A stretch of DNA of 21,313 nt from Chloroflexota bacterium (lineage in GTDB: Bacteria > Chloroflexota > Dehalococcoidia > Lucifugimonadales > UBA3495). Made by a program: the position numbers and the translations under genes. The notes under the pieces are model-generated. The model saw nothing but the letters and a program-made list of their open reading frames with translations. It had not been told where the DNA came from and searched no databases. The stretch lies in the NCBI GenBank assembly GCA_027623675.1, contig JAQBVF010000038.1, forward strand, positions 1 through 21,313, written 5' to 3'. Position 1 is the first letter of the stretch. Each line of letters opens with the position of its first letter. Of this stretch, positions 8,080 through 16,743 are shown piece by piece.

Positions 8080-9624
8080 CTACCGTCCCTCTTTGATGAA
8101 GTCCGCCACCTTTTCGCCGATCATGATGGTGGTGGCGTTGGTGTTGGCCCGGATGCAATCCGGCATCACCGAGGCGTCGGCCACCCGTAATCCCTCGATG
8201 CCGCGCACATGGCAGAATTGGTCAACCACGGCCATGGGGTCTGAATCCGGACCCATCTTGCAGGTGCCCGAGATGTGGTGGGATGTGCCCGTGTTCCGCA
8301 TCAGCCAGGCGTTCAGCGTCTCGTCGGACTCCAAGTCGGGCTCGGTTGGATTCACCAGGTCTAGCAGGATATCGCTGAAGCAGGGCTGCTCGCAGATCTG
8401 AATCGACAGGCGGACCGCCTCCCGCATGCGCCGCAGGTCTTCCTCTTCCTGGAAGTAATTATAATTCAGGAAAGGCTGCACATGGGGGTCGGTGGAGGTT
8501 AGATACAACTCTCCCTTGCCCAGTGCAAGCTGCAAGCTGGCGCTGACGCCGATGTAATTCTCGTCGTCATCTATCTCCACTTGGGCGGGACGGTGCTCAC
8601 TGGTCATCAGCATGGGGCTGATCTGCATGTCATTGCGGAGGTTCGAGTTCTCCACCGTGTACCGCAGACCCACCTGGATCACCGGCGCCTGCACGTCGGG
8701 GCGCTCGCCCGTGGCCCGGTAAAGGACGGCGGCGGACGGGTGGTCGCGCAGGTTCTGGCCAACCCCTGGCGAGTCCAACACCACGTCGATGCCCAGGCTC
8801 TTCAGGTGCTCGGCCGGCCCGATGCCCGATAGCATTAGTAACTGGGGTGAGGCAACCGCGCCGCTTGAGACGATGATCTGGTCTCCTTCAACCGTGAAAA
8901 TCTCGCCGCCGCTCTCAGCCTCGATGCCCACCGCTCGTTTGCCCTCAAACAGGATGCGCCGGGCGGTGACGCTGCCGCGGATGGTGAAATTAATGCGGTG
9001 GCGGGCCATGTCCAGGTAATTCAGCGCCATGCTCATGCGCACGCCGTCGATGGTGTTTCTAGCCCGGGGCGAGACGCCGGTGGACTCGGGGTGGTTCATA
9101 TCCTCATCCACCGCGTAACCCACGGCAACGCAGGCATCCTCGAACGCCTTGGCATAGGGCAGCCATTCGCTGCGGGGATAACGCTTCACGGGCACCGGTC
9201 CATCGGAGCCGTGGAAGTCGCCGCCGAAATCCAGGTCGGTTTCCAGCTTGTTGAAATAGGGCAGTACCTTGGTGAAGGCCCACTCACCGTTGCCCATGTC
9301 GGCCCAGCCGTCATAGTCCTCGGGGATGCCCCGGAATAAGACCTGTCCGTTGATGGCGCTGGAGCCGCCGGTGGCCTTGCCTCTGGGAATCGTCAGGTTT
9401 GGCTGCTCGGGAGTCACCTGGGCCACGTAATCCCAACTGTGGGGGCCGTAGGCCGACAGCCACACGTTGTTACCCATCTTGATATCATCGGGGAGGTGTT
9501 CGAAATCGGGATAGTCAGGGCCCGCTTCAAGCAATAGCACCGACTTGGTCGGGTCCTCGGACAAGCGGGTTGCGATGGTGCACCCCGCGGAACCACCGCC
9601 CACCACGATGTAGTCGTACTTCAT
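8080..9624 (-). CDS. GMC-family oxidoreductase (choline dehydrogenase/MftG-like)
   Basis: YDYIVVGGGSAG, RGKATGGSSAING, VGQNLRDH, HHISGTCKMG, ANTNATTIMIGE; GGAGG RBS. Confidence 0.93.
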   Translation of the reverse strand: MKYDYIVVGGGSAGCTIATRLSEDPTKSVLLLEAGPDYPDFEHLPDDIKMGNNVWLSAYGPHSWDYVAQVTPEQPNLTIPRGKATGGSSAINGQVLFRGIPEDYDGWADMGNGEWAFTKVLPYFNKLETDLDFGGDFHGSDGPVPVKRYPRSEWLPYAKAFEDACVAVGYAVDEDMNHPESTGVSPRARNTIDGVRMSMALNYLDMARHRINFTIRGSVTARRILFEGKRAVGIEAESGGEIFTVEGDQIIVSSGAVASPQLLMLSGIGPAEHLKSLGIDVVLDSPGVGQNLRDHPSAAVLYRATGERPDVQAPVIQVGLRYTVENSNLRNDMQISPMLMTSEHRPAQVEIDDDENYIGVSASLQLALGKGELYLTSTDPHVQPFLNYNYFQEEEDLRRMREAVRLSIQICEQPCFSDILLDLVNPTEPDLESDETLNAWLMRNTGTSHHISGTCKMGPDSDPMAVVDQFCHVRGIEGLRVADASVMPDCIRANTNATTIMIGEKVADFIKEGR

Positions 9625-9885
9625 GGTACTACCCTCCGTTTTTCAAGTGCGAAACCGATTGAACCCGGGGCTATGGGTTCGGGAAGCAAGCGGCCAGCCC
9701 CGATTGTTAATCTGCAAATGATAATACAAGCAGAAGGCAAAAGCACGCGGAGGTCACGCGGGGTTTCTTGAGGGGGCGAGCTTAGAGTGACGGGTAGGCC
9801 GTCCTTCTGTGGAATAACGTGGAACGGCGAAACAAAGAGGGGACGCAAGAATCTCGCGGTTGGCCGGGGCCAGGGTTCAGGGGGA

Positions 9886-10326
9886 CTATTCCAGTTCTAT
9901 CAGATGGTCGTTGGTCCGCACCGAGTCCATGGGCTGGACCAGGACCTCTTTGACGATGCCGTCGCGGGCGGCCCGGATGCTTTGCTCCATCTTCATCGCC
10001 TCTACCACGCACACTTCCTGACCGGCTGAGACCCGGTCGCCGGGCCGCACGAGGATGGACATAACCCGTCCGGACAGCGGTGAGACGATGATATTGTCCG
10101 GTGCCGAGCCGGCTGCGCCACGGGTAGGGGGTGGGGGAACAACGATCCCCGGGGTCTGGCTGCGTCCGCGGCGGGGGCGGGTTGGTGCCTGCTCGGGCAG
10201 ACCTTCCACGTCCACCATGAAGGTCTCGCCTTCAACGGTGACCTGGACCGGGGAACGGGTCAACTCACCTACTTCGACGTTGTACCAGTTGTCCCCAACC
10301 TTGATCCGAAGTTTGGTTACCGCCAA
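9886..10326 (-). CDS. accB: Biotin carboxyl carrier protein
   Basis: EAMKM biotinylation motif, Pro-rich linker, N-terminal beta segment; TTG start overlaps the end of the biotin carboxylase. Confidence 0.88.
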   Translation of the reverse strand: MAVTKLRIKVGDNWYNVEVGELTRSPVQVTVEGETFMVDVEGLPEQAPTRPRRGRSQTPGIVVPPPPTRGAAGSAPDNIIVSPLSGRVMSILVRPGDRVSAGQEVCVVEAMKMEQSIRAARDGIVKEVLVQPMDSVRTNDHLIELE

Positions 10327-11891
10327 CCCCTGTTCCCCAGCGTCCGAGAAAGGAGTTGTTCACGACGCCCGTACACTCGCCAAGGGCTGAAGGTGGCGAG
10401 CTCGCTAGCGGGCTGGGCCGATTTTAAGGCCATGGCCAAAGACACGCCGATGGCCGCCGCGATCTGGCGATCGCCGTTTTGATGACCGTTCTCGTGCCCA
10501 TTGCCGTTCTTAATCATCTTCCCGTTGACGTTGTTTTGAGCCCGATTACGGAATTCTTCGAGCCATATGGGTATGGAGCCGGTGTGGTAGGTGGCGGCCG
10601 CAAATTCCTTGGTGGCGAGAATGTCCCGAAGCAGCGGAACGTTGCACTTCACGCCCTCCAATCGGAATTCAAGCAGCGCTCTCAAGAGCGTTTTTACCGC
10701 CTGATCACGGTCCTCCCCCCAGGCCATTACCTTGGCCAGAAGAGGCTCATAGTCTAACCCAACGGTATAACCGTTGCAAAGCGCGGAGTCGACGCGGATG
10801 TGCTCGCCCTGGGGCAGATGCAGGTCGGTTATGTCGCCGGCGTCAGGCATGAAAGTTTGGGGGTCTTCGGGGTAGACCCGGACCTCGATGGCGTGCCCGT
10901 TGACCGAGATGTCGTCCTGGCTGATGGGCAGGGCCTCGCCGGCGGCCACCCTGATCTGCAGTTCCACCAGGTCTAGCCCGGTTACCAGCTCGGTGACGCC
11001 GTGTTCCACCTGGAGCCGGGTGTTCATCTCCAGGAAAAATACGCTGCCGTCGGCCGACACCAGGAATTCCACCGTCCCTGTGCTGGTGTAGCCGATGTAC
11101 TTGCCCAACTTGACCGCCAGGCCGGCAACCCGCTTGCGCAGGCGGGGCGTTAGCTTGGCCGATGATGTTGTCTCTTCCACCAGCTTCTGGTTCCGGCGTT
11201 GGACCGAACAGTCGCGTTCGTAGAGGTGGACCAGGTTGCCGTGATCGTCGCCGATGAGTTGGACCTCGATGTGGGAGGCGTCCTTCAGATACCGCTCGAA
11301 GAACAGGCGCGAACTGCCGAAGGCGCTCTCAGCCACCTTCCGGGTCCGTGCTATCAAGGGCATCAATTCCTCCTGGGAATTGATGACGTGGATGCCGATG
11401 CCGCCGCCGCCTTCCGCCGCCTTGACCATCAGGGGGAAGCCCAGCTCCCAAGCCTTGGTGGCGGCATGCTCGTTGGCGACAGCTTCGTCCGTTCCGGGCA
11501 GCACGGGGAGTCCGGCTTTGCGAGCCAGCTTGCGGGAGCGCAGTTTGTCCCCCATCTTTTCCATGACTTCGGGGTCCGGCCCGACGAAGCAAACGCCCGC
11601 CTCTTCACAGAGCCGGGCGAATTCAGCATTTTCAGAGAGGAAGCCGTAGCCAGGGTGGATGGCTTCGGCGCCGGACGCTTTGGCGGCGTCCAAGATCTTT
11701 CCAATGTTCAAGTAACTGTCGTGAGGAGGCGCCTCGCCGATGAGATAGGCCTCATCGGCCATGCTGACGTGCAACCCTTTCTGGTCGACCGTCGAATAGA
11801 CCGCGACGGTCTTGATTCCCAACTTTTGACAGGTACGAATTATCCGGCAGGCGATCTCGCCCCGGTTTGCGATCAGTATCTTCGTAAACAC
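10317..11891 (-). CDS. accC: Biotin carboxylase subunit of an acyl-CoA carboxylase, with C-terminal extension
   Basis: KILIANRGEIA, IHPGYGFLSEN, GGGGIGI, ERDCSVQRRNQK, EMNTRLQVEH; GAGG upstream of GTG. Confidence 0.92.
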   Translation of the reverse strand: MFTKILIANRGEIACRIIRTCQKLGIKTVAVYSTVDQKGLHVSMADEAYLIGEAPPHDSYLNIGKILDAAKASGAEAIHPGYGFLSENAEFARLCEEAGVCFVGPDPEVMEKMGDKLRSRKLARKAGLPVLPGTDEAVANEHAATKAWELGFPLMVKAAEGGGGIGIHVINSQEELMPLIARTRKVAESAFGSSRLFFERYLKDASHIEVQLIGDDHGNLVHLYERDCSVQRRNQKLVEETTSSAKLTPRLRKRVAGLAVKLGKYIGYTSTGTVEFLVSADGSVFFLEMNTRLQVEHGVTELVTGLDLVELQIRVAAGEALPISQDDISVNGHAIEVRVYPEDPQTFMPDAGDITDLHLPQGEHIRVDSALCNGYTVGLDYEPLLAKVMAWGEDRDQAVKTLLRALLEFRLEGVKCNVPLLRDILATKEFAAATYHTGSIPIWLEEFRNRAQNNVNGKMIKNGNGHENGHQNGDRQIAAAIGVSLAMALKSAQPASELATFSPWRVYGRREQLLSRTLGNRGWR

Positions 11892-11975
11892 AATCTACTC
11901 TTCTAATCTTGAGGAACGGTAGCCCTGTTTTTAGGCGTAAACATACGGGCCCCGCTCAGTTATGAGCTACAAGCC

Positions 11976-12773
11976 CTAGATGTATACCTCAGGTTGCGAT
12001 TCCTTGTGAAGGCGCTCTAAGAACGAGTTAGAACGAATCTCCTTACCCAGCCAGTAGGCCACGGTGTTAGAAAGCAGGCTCTTTAGCTCATCGGCCAGCC
12101 CGGCGTCCACGGGTAGCTTACAGGCCTCGACGATCCCGCTGCGGTCCAGCAGGCGCAGCACCTTGAGGGCCCGGAGCGACAGGGGACGGAGATGCGCGTC
12201 GTCGGGGCTGCAGTCCAGGCATAAGGTGCCGCCCACGTTGGGACTGAAGCGGTGGGCGTCTGGCTCCAACTCCTGCCGGCACTCGACGCAATTATATAGC
12301 TCAGGCATCAGCCCCGACACCTGCAGCAGATGGAATTCGAAGAACCTGAGAGGCATGTCGGAGGCCGATTCGGATTCGCGGCCCTTGGTGGCTTCAATGA
12401 CGCGGAGGCAGTCAATCATAAGTTGGAACAGGCCGGGGTTGGGGTTGGCCTCGGCCCCGAAGCCGTCCACCAATTCCGCCAGGTATTGGCCCTTGGTGAT
12501 GGCCGTCAGGTCTTCTTTCAGTTCAGCGAAGCTCTGGGTGACCTCGGCCTGGGATATCACGTCCATGTTGCGCCCGTGGGCCAGAGACATTTTGACCACG
12601 GTCAGAGGCTCCAGGTGGCCGACCAATTTGCTGCTCGACCGCCGGGCCCCCTTGCCCACGGCGCGGACCTTCCCCTGGTCCCTGGTGTACATGGTGACCA
12701 GCAGATCAGCCTCGCCCAACGGCGTGTAGCCGAGGATGATGGCTTCGCAGCGGTAGGTCCTGGGAGGGGCCAT
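11976..12773 (-). CDS. recO: DNA repair protein RecO
   Basis: LGEADLLV...GKVRAVGKGARR OB fold; CVEC...CLDC zinc finger. Confidence 0.95.
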   Translation of the reverse strand: MAPPRTYRCEAIILGYTPLGEADLLVTMYTRDQGKVRAVGKGARRSSSKLVGHLEPLTVVKMSLAHGRNMDVISQAEVTQSFAELKEDLTAITKGQYLAELVDGFGAEANPNPGLFQLMIDCLRVIEATKGRESESASDMPLRFFEFHLLQVSGLMPELYNCVECRQELEPDAHRFSPNVGGTLCLDCSPDDAHLRPLSLRALKVLRLLDRSGIVEACKLPVDAGLADELKSLLSNTVAYWLGKEIRSNSFLERLHKESQPEVYI

Positions 12774-12788
12774 GGTCTGGTCTCCGGG

Positions 12789-13403
12789 TTAAATCTCTTG
12801 CCGGCCCTGGAACGCCCGGGTCAATGTGGTCTCATCAGTGTATTCCAATGATCCGCCCACCGGCAGCCCTCTGGCCAGGTGGGTGACGCGCAGGCCTTCC
12901 CGTCCCTGGTGGCGGCGGATGTACATGGCCGTGGCCTCGCCTTCGAGCGTGGGATTGGTGGCGACCACCATCTCGGCCAGTTCGGGCCGCTCCAGGCGGT
13001 TGAACAGCTCTTTTATCTTCAGTTGGTCGGGCCCAACACCGTTCATGGGCGAAATCACGCCGTGTAGCACGTGGTACAGGCCCCGGTAGGTGCGGGTGCG
13101 CTCCATGGCCAGCACATCAAGGGGGTCTTCCACCACGCAGATGGTCGTGCGGTCACGGCGGGGGTCGGCGCAGACCGGGCAGGGAGAAGCGTCGGTCAGG
13201 TTCTGGCACTCCTCGCAGAAGACGATGCTCTGCTTAACGGAGGTCACGGCGTCGGCCAGGGCGTAGGCGTCCTCGTCGGGCAGCCGGATGATGTAATAGG
13301 CCAGGCGTTGGGCGCTCTTGGGGCCGATTCCCGGCAGCCGGTTAAGCTCCTGCACCAACCGTGCCAGCGACGGCGCCGCGCCGGGTATGTTCTCTTGAGT
13401 CAT
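12789..13403 (-). CDS. recR: Recombination mediator RecR
   Basis: LPGIGPKSAQRLA HhH, CEECQN...CPVC zinc finger, Toprim (ICVVE, ATNPTLEGEATA). Confidence 0.97.
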   Translation of the reverse strand: MTQENIPGAAPSLARLVQELNRLPGIGPKSAQRLAYYIIRLPDEDAYALADAVTSVKQSIVFCEECQNLTDASPCPVCADPRRDRTTICVVEDPLDVLAMERTRTYRGLYHVLHGVISPMNGVGPDQLKIKELFNRLERPELAEMVVATNPTLEGEATAMYIRRHQGREGLRVTHLARGLPVGGSLEYTDETTLTRAFQGRQEI

Positions 13404-13813
13404 GTGGTCGCCGCCGGGAAGCGTTCTAAGATTTCTTTGTCGAATGTCCTGAGGGGCATGTCCAGTTCTTCGGAGAGAGCGGCAATCACTGAATCTGCGC
13501 CGCGCAATCGGTCTCGTTGAGTAACGGCAAGGGAAAGCTCGAGACGGCCACGATCAAGGGGATAAAGAGAAATCTTCCCTGATCGCTCCCATGCCCTGAG
13601 ACTTTGTTCCGCCCTAGCCAAAAGCGCCAACCGATGGGTTGTCGCCTGCCTGCTGATTGAGGCGATCAACTCGGCGATGACTAGCATGGGCAAGTGGAAG
13701 ACGTAACCACCCTGCTCTAGGCCATTGATATATTCCAACGCCTGTTGGTGATTCTCCTCATTTTCCAAGAACGATGCAACTAAGATATTGGAATCAACAA
13801 CTATTGGTTCCAA
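13400..13813 (-). CDS. PIN-domain (VapC-type) ribonuclease toxin
   Basis: Four acidic residues present: D7 (VVDSN), E48 (IAEL), D107 (LRGAD), D125 (TFD). TTG start abuts the upstream TAG; its TGA overlaps the recR ATG. Confidence 0.88.
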   Translation of the reverse strand: MEPIVVDSNILVASFLENEENHQQALEYINGLEQGGYVFHLPMLVIAELIASISRQATTHRLALLARAEQSLRAWERSGKISLYPLDRGRLELSLAVTQRDRLRGADSVIAALSEELDMPLRTFDKEILERFPAATT

Positions 13814-14599
13814 CTATTCCCGTTGCTCCCGAATGGCGTTTACGGCGGAGAGCCCTTTGGGCCAAACTTTGCTGATCTCTTTGGAAAATTCCCTCCAACC
13901 CTCGAATGGGTCTTTGATCGACAAAAGTTTCACCATGAGCGCCAGTTCATCCAGCGCGGCATTAAGCTCGGGCGGGGCGGTGGTCTTTGAGGCCGCACTT
14001 AACGGAACCATAACCGCGTCTTCCAAACCTTCAGATTTGGCTTCACCCAGGACTCGCAGATACTCATGGACGCCATTTTGGGCGATATTTAGGTCTTGGT
14101 TGATGATGCCCGATAGACCTTGAAGCAAAGCGCAACCGCTCCAAGATTTCAAAATCATCGGGAGATAGTCTTTCGCTTTCGAGCCGTGCCTCTTTCGGGT
14201 AGAGAACGCCGATTCGAACGAGTCGGAAGCTTCGTCGTACCGCTCTAAGCTCGAAAGGGCTTCTCCCTTGACCAGCCAATTGGCCGGAGACCCATTGTCG
14301 TGGGCCAGCGCCTGTTCGGCGTGTGCAAAGGCTTCTTCGGCCTGGCCGTCGCGCAGGAGCAGCCGAGACTTCTGGGCCGACAAGAATCCCAGCAAAGGGC
14401 TCTGAAGCCCGGGCAGTGCGGAGACCTCGCGCAGGTATTCTTCCACTCCATCGGCGCTGGCGGTCCCGCTATTGATCGCAGTGACCAGCGACTCCGGCCA
14501 AGGATCGAGAGCGCGGAGTTGCTTCGCCGTGAGCGCCATTTCCGGTCCCAGCGGAGATTCTTCGATTCCGAGCGCTTGCCGAGGCGTCATTGTAGCCAT
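13814..14599 (-). CDS. TPR-repeat protein with an antitoxin-like C-terminal tail
   Basis: TPR-like helices KSRLLLRDGQAEEAFAHAEQALAHD and NWLVKGEALSSLERYDEASDSFESAF; tail WREFSKEISKVWPKGLSAVNAIREQRE. Alternative start ATG 14590. Confidence 0.8.
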   Translation of the reverse strand: MATMTPRQALGIEESPLGPEMALTAKQLRALDPWPESLVTAINSGTASADGVEEYLREVSALPGLQSPLLGFLSAQKSRLLLRDGQAEEAFAHAEQALAHDNGSPANWLVKGEALSSLERYDEASDSFESAFSTRKRHGSKAKDYLPMILKSWSGCALLQGLSGIINQDLNIAQNGVHEYLRVLGEAKSEGLEDAVMVPLSAASKTTAPPELNAALDELALMVKLLSIKDPFEGWREFSKEISKVWPKGLSAVNAIREQRE

Positions 14600-14625
14600 A
14601 TCGTGCCCGGTCCGGATGCCTGGCC

Positions 14626-14925
14626 CTACGTCAGTCCTGGGATGTTCATGCCGCCGGTGACCACGGCCATCTTCTGGGCGGCCATCTCCTGGGCTTTGGT
14701 GGAGGCGTCGTTAACGGCGGCCAGCACCATGTCCTGGAGCAGTTCCACCTCTTCAGCGGCCTCCGGTTCGATGGTGACCGACTCCACGATCTGCTTTCCG
14801 GTCATGACCACTTTCACCGCGCCGCCGCCGGCGCTGCCCTCCACCGTGAGAGTCTCCAGTTCTTCCTGAATCTTCTGTAGCTGGGCCAGTTGTTTCTGCG
14901 CCTGACGCATCATGTTGCGGTTCAT
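14626..14925 (-). CDS. ybaB: YbaB/EbfC nucleoid-associated protein
   Basis: MMRQAQ..Q, EGSAGGGAVKV, ELLQDMVLAAVNDA; ATGA overlap with the dnaX stop. Confidence 0.95.
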   Translation of the reverse strand: MNRNMMRQAQKQLAQLQKIQEELETLTVEGSAGGGAVKVVMTGKQIVESVTIEPEAAEEVELLQDMVLAAVNDASTKAQEMAAQKMAVVTGGMNIPGLT

Positions 14926-16625
14926 TCTTCGATCTCCTCTAAGACTCTGGCGCCCATGCCCAGGGCGGTGCGCACCAGCGAACTCTGTTGAGCTGTTTTT
15001 GCCGTGTTGGCGGTTGCGCCGGGTCCGTTGGCCAGGACCAGGCGGAACTCGTAGGTTGCGCCGAACGAGCCGGTAACCGCCTCGCTCACCCGCCGGCGTG
15101 AGCCTGGGTCGTCCATCTCTTCCTGCATGCGTTCCAGGTTGGCCTTGTTGGAGAAGCCCAACACCATGGTTTGGCCTTCAACGGACACGGCATTGGGTCT
15201 GCAGTCGCGGAGCAGGGCGCCCAGGTTGTATTTCTTGCCCTTGTGCCGGCCCAAAACCTTGACCGCCGCCTGCCATTGGGCGCCGAGCTCCGAGATCGGT
15301 TCGGCGATCGGGGCGGGCCGTCTCTGTGTGTCGGGCTGTCCGGCCGTTTGTCTGGGAGGCGTGGCTGCGGGCCTTGCCGCGGCTGGACGCCCGTCGTTGG
15401 CCGGCTGTCGTTGGGTTGGCTGGCGCTGCGGCGGCGGGGCGGCGGCACGCGGAGGAGCCGCGGCCTGTGGGGGAGGGGTAGCGGTATTGGCCGGAGCGGG
15501 CGGCGAGGCAGTGTCCTCGCAGATCTCCACCACGGCGAGTTCCAAAGGCAGGGTAGACGGCGCATCGTAGCGCATATTTACGTCGCCCCAGACCTTGAGG
15601 CTGCGCACGATCCGCCAGGGTGGCAGGTTGCCCACCAGCTCTTTCAGTTGGGCGGTGACGTCGTCAGGAAGGTCCACGGCGTTCTCTGAGCCCCATTGCA
15701 GGTGCATAACGGCCCGCAGCAGCTCTGTGGACTGCCGGTGCATCTGGCGCAGGTCAACTCCGGCCCAGGCAGCCCGGTTCACCGCCGTAAGCGCCGCGGA
15801 TGTGTTGCCCATGAGCAGATATTTGACCAATTCCAGAGAGCTTTCGCCGTTGTCCAGGCCCAACAGCTCCTCCACCTGCTTTAGGGAGACACTACCGTCG
15901 GAGGAAACAACCAGTTGTTCCAAGAGGTTCTCGGCGTCCCGCAGGCTGCCGGAGGCGTGGCGGGCCACCAGTCGCAGCGCTTCGGGGTCCACGTTCACGC
16001 CCTCGTCCTCGGTGATGTCGGCCAGGCGGCCGTAGACCAGGTCCGAGGCGATGCGGCGGAAGTCGAAGCGCTGGCAACGCGAGATGATCGTCGGCAATAT
16101 CTTATGGGCTTCGGTGGTGCACAGCACAAATATGACGTGGGCCGGCGGCTCCTCCAGGGTCTTCAAGAAGGCATTGGAGGCGGCATCGGTCAACATATGG
16201 GCTTCGTCGATGATGTAGACCTTGCGCAGGCCCTGGGCCGGCGCAAAGTTGACCTTGTCCCGGATGTCGCGTATCTCGTCGATGCCCCGGTTGCTGGCGG
16301 CGTCGAGCTCGATTATGTCCATGAACCGGCCGGCGTTGATCGTTCGGCAGTTGGCGCAGGCGTCGCAGGGGTCGCCGTCCTGTACGTCCAGGCAATTGAC
16401 CGCCTTGGCGATGATCCGGGCCGTGGTGGTCTTGCCGCTGCCCCTGGGACCGCAGAAAAGGTAGGAGTGGGAAACCCGGCCCTGCTTGATGGACTGCCGG
16501 AGTGTGGTGGAGACGTGTTCTTGCCCCACCAACTGGTTGAAGTTGGATGGCCGCCACTTGCGGTAGAAGACCTGGGCGGTGGCGGTGCTGGTATCAGCTG
16601 GGTCGGTTAGAGCCTGGCCGGTCAT
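14922..16625 (-). CDS. dnaX: DNA polymerase III subunit gamma/tau
   Basis: YRKWRP, Walker A GPRGSGKTT, four-Cys zinc module, IIDEAHML, SRCQRF, Pro/Ala/Gln linker and C-terminal domain. Confidence 0.97.
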   Translation of the reverse strand: MTGQALTDPADTSTATAQVFYRKWRPSNFNQLVGQEHVSTTLRQSIKQGRVSHSYLFCGPRGSGKTTTARIIAKAVNCLDVQDGDPCDACANCRTINAGRFMDIIELDAASNRGIDEIRDIRDKVNFAPAQGLRKVYIIDEAHMLTDAASNAFLKTLEEPPAHVIFVLCTTEAHKILPTIISRCQRFDFRRIASDLVYGRLADITEDEGVNVDPEALRLVARHASGSLRDAENLLEQLVVSSDGSVSLKQVEELLGLDNGESSLELVKYLLMGNTSAALTAVNRAAWAGVDLRQMHRQSTELLRAVMHLQWGSENAVDLPDDVTAQLKELVGNLPPWRIVRSLKVWGDVNMRYDAPSTLPLELAVVEICEDTASPPAPANTATPPPQAAAPPRAAAPPPQRQPTQRQPANDGRPAAARPAATPPRQTAGQPDTQRRPAPIAEPISELGAQWQAAVKVLGRHKGKKYNLGALLRDCRPNAVSVEGQTMVLGFSNKANLERMQEEMDDPGSRRRVSEAVTGSFGATYEFRLVLANGPGATANTAKTAQQSSLVRTALGMGARVLEEIEE

Positions 16626-16743
16626 TTCAGGTGGCTTCTCATCTTGGTTGATTCTGCTGCCATGCCTGGCTTGGTTGGCGTGGCCGCACCCGGTCGTTTC
16701 TAATCAGGTTTCAACTAGGGTTTCTACCGGTGACGATACGGGC

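Noticed and set aside
8080..9624. Naming the GMC enzyme mftG or betA
   Set aside because: No mycofactocin or betaine genes nearby; only the family is supportable.
10574..10585. ATGGAGCCGGTG, identical to the tRNA-Thr 3' end (possible att repeat)
   Set aside because: Lies inside intact accC and on the 5' side of the tRNA; likely chance.
15280..15520. dnaX gamma/tau frameshift signal or repeat array
   Set aside because: No A-AAA-AAG or poly-A slippery run seen; this is the usual Pro/Ala/Gln linker.
16626..16743. SRP RNA (ffs), often found upstream of dnaX
   Set aside because: No SRP domain IV motif visible.
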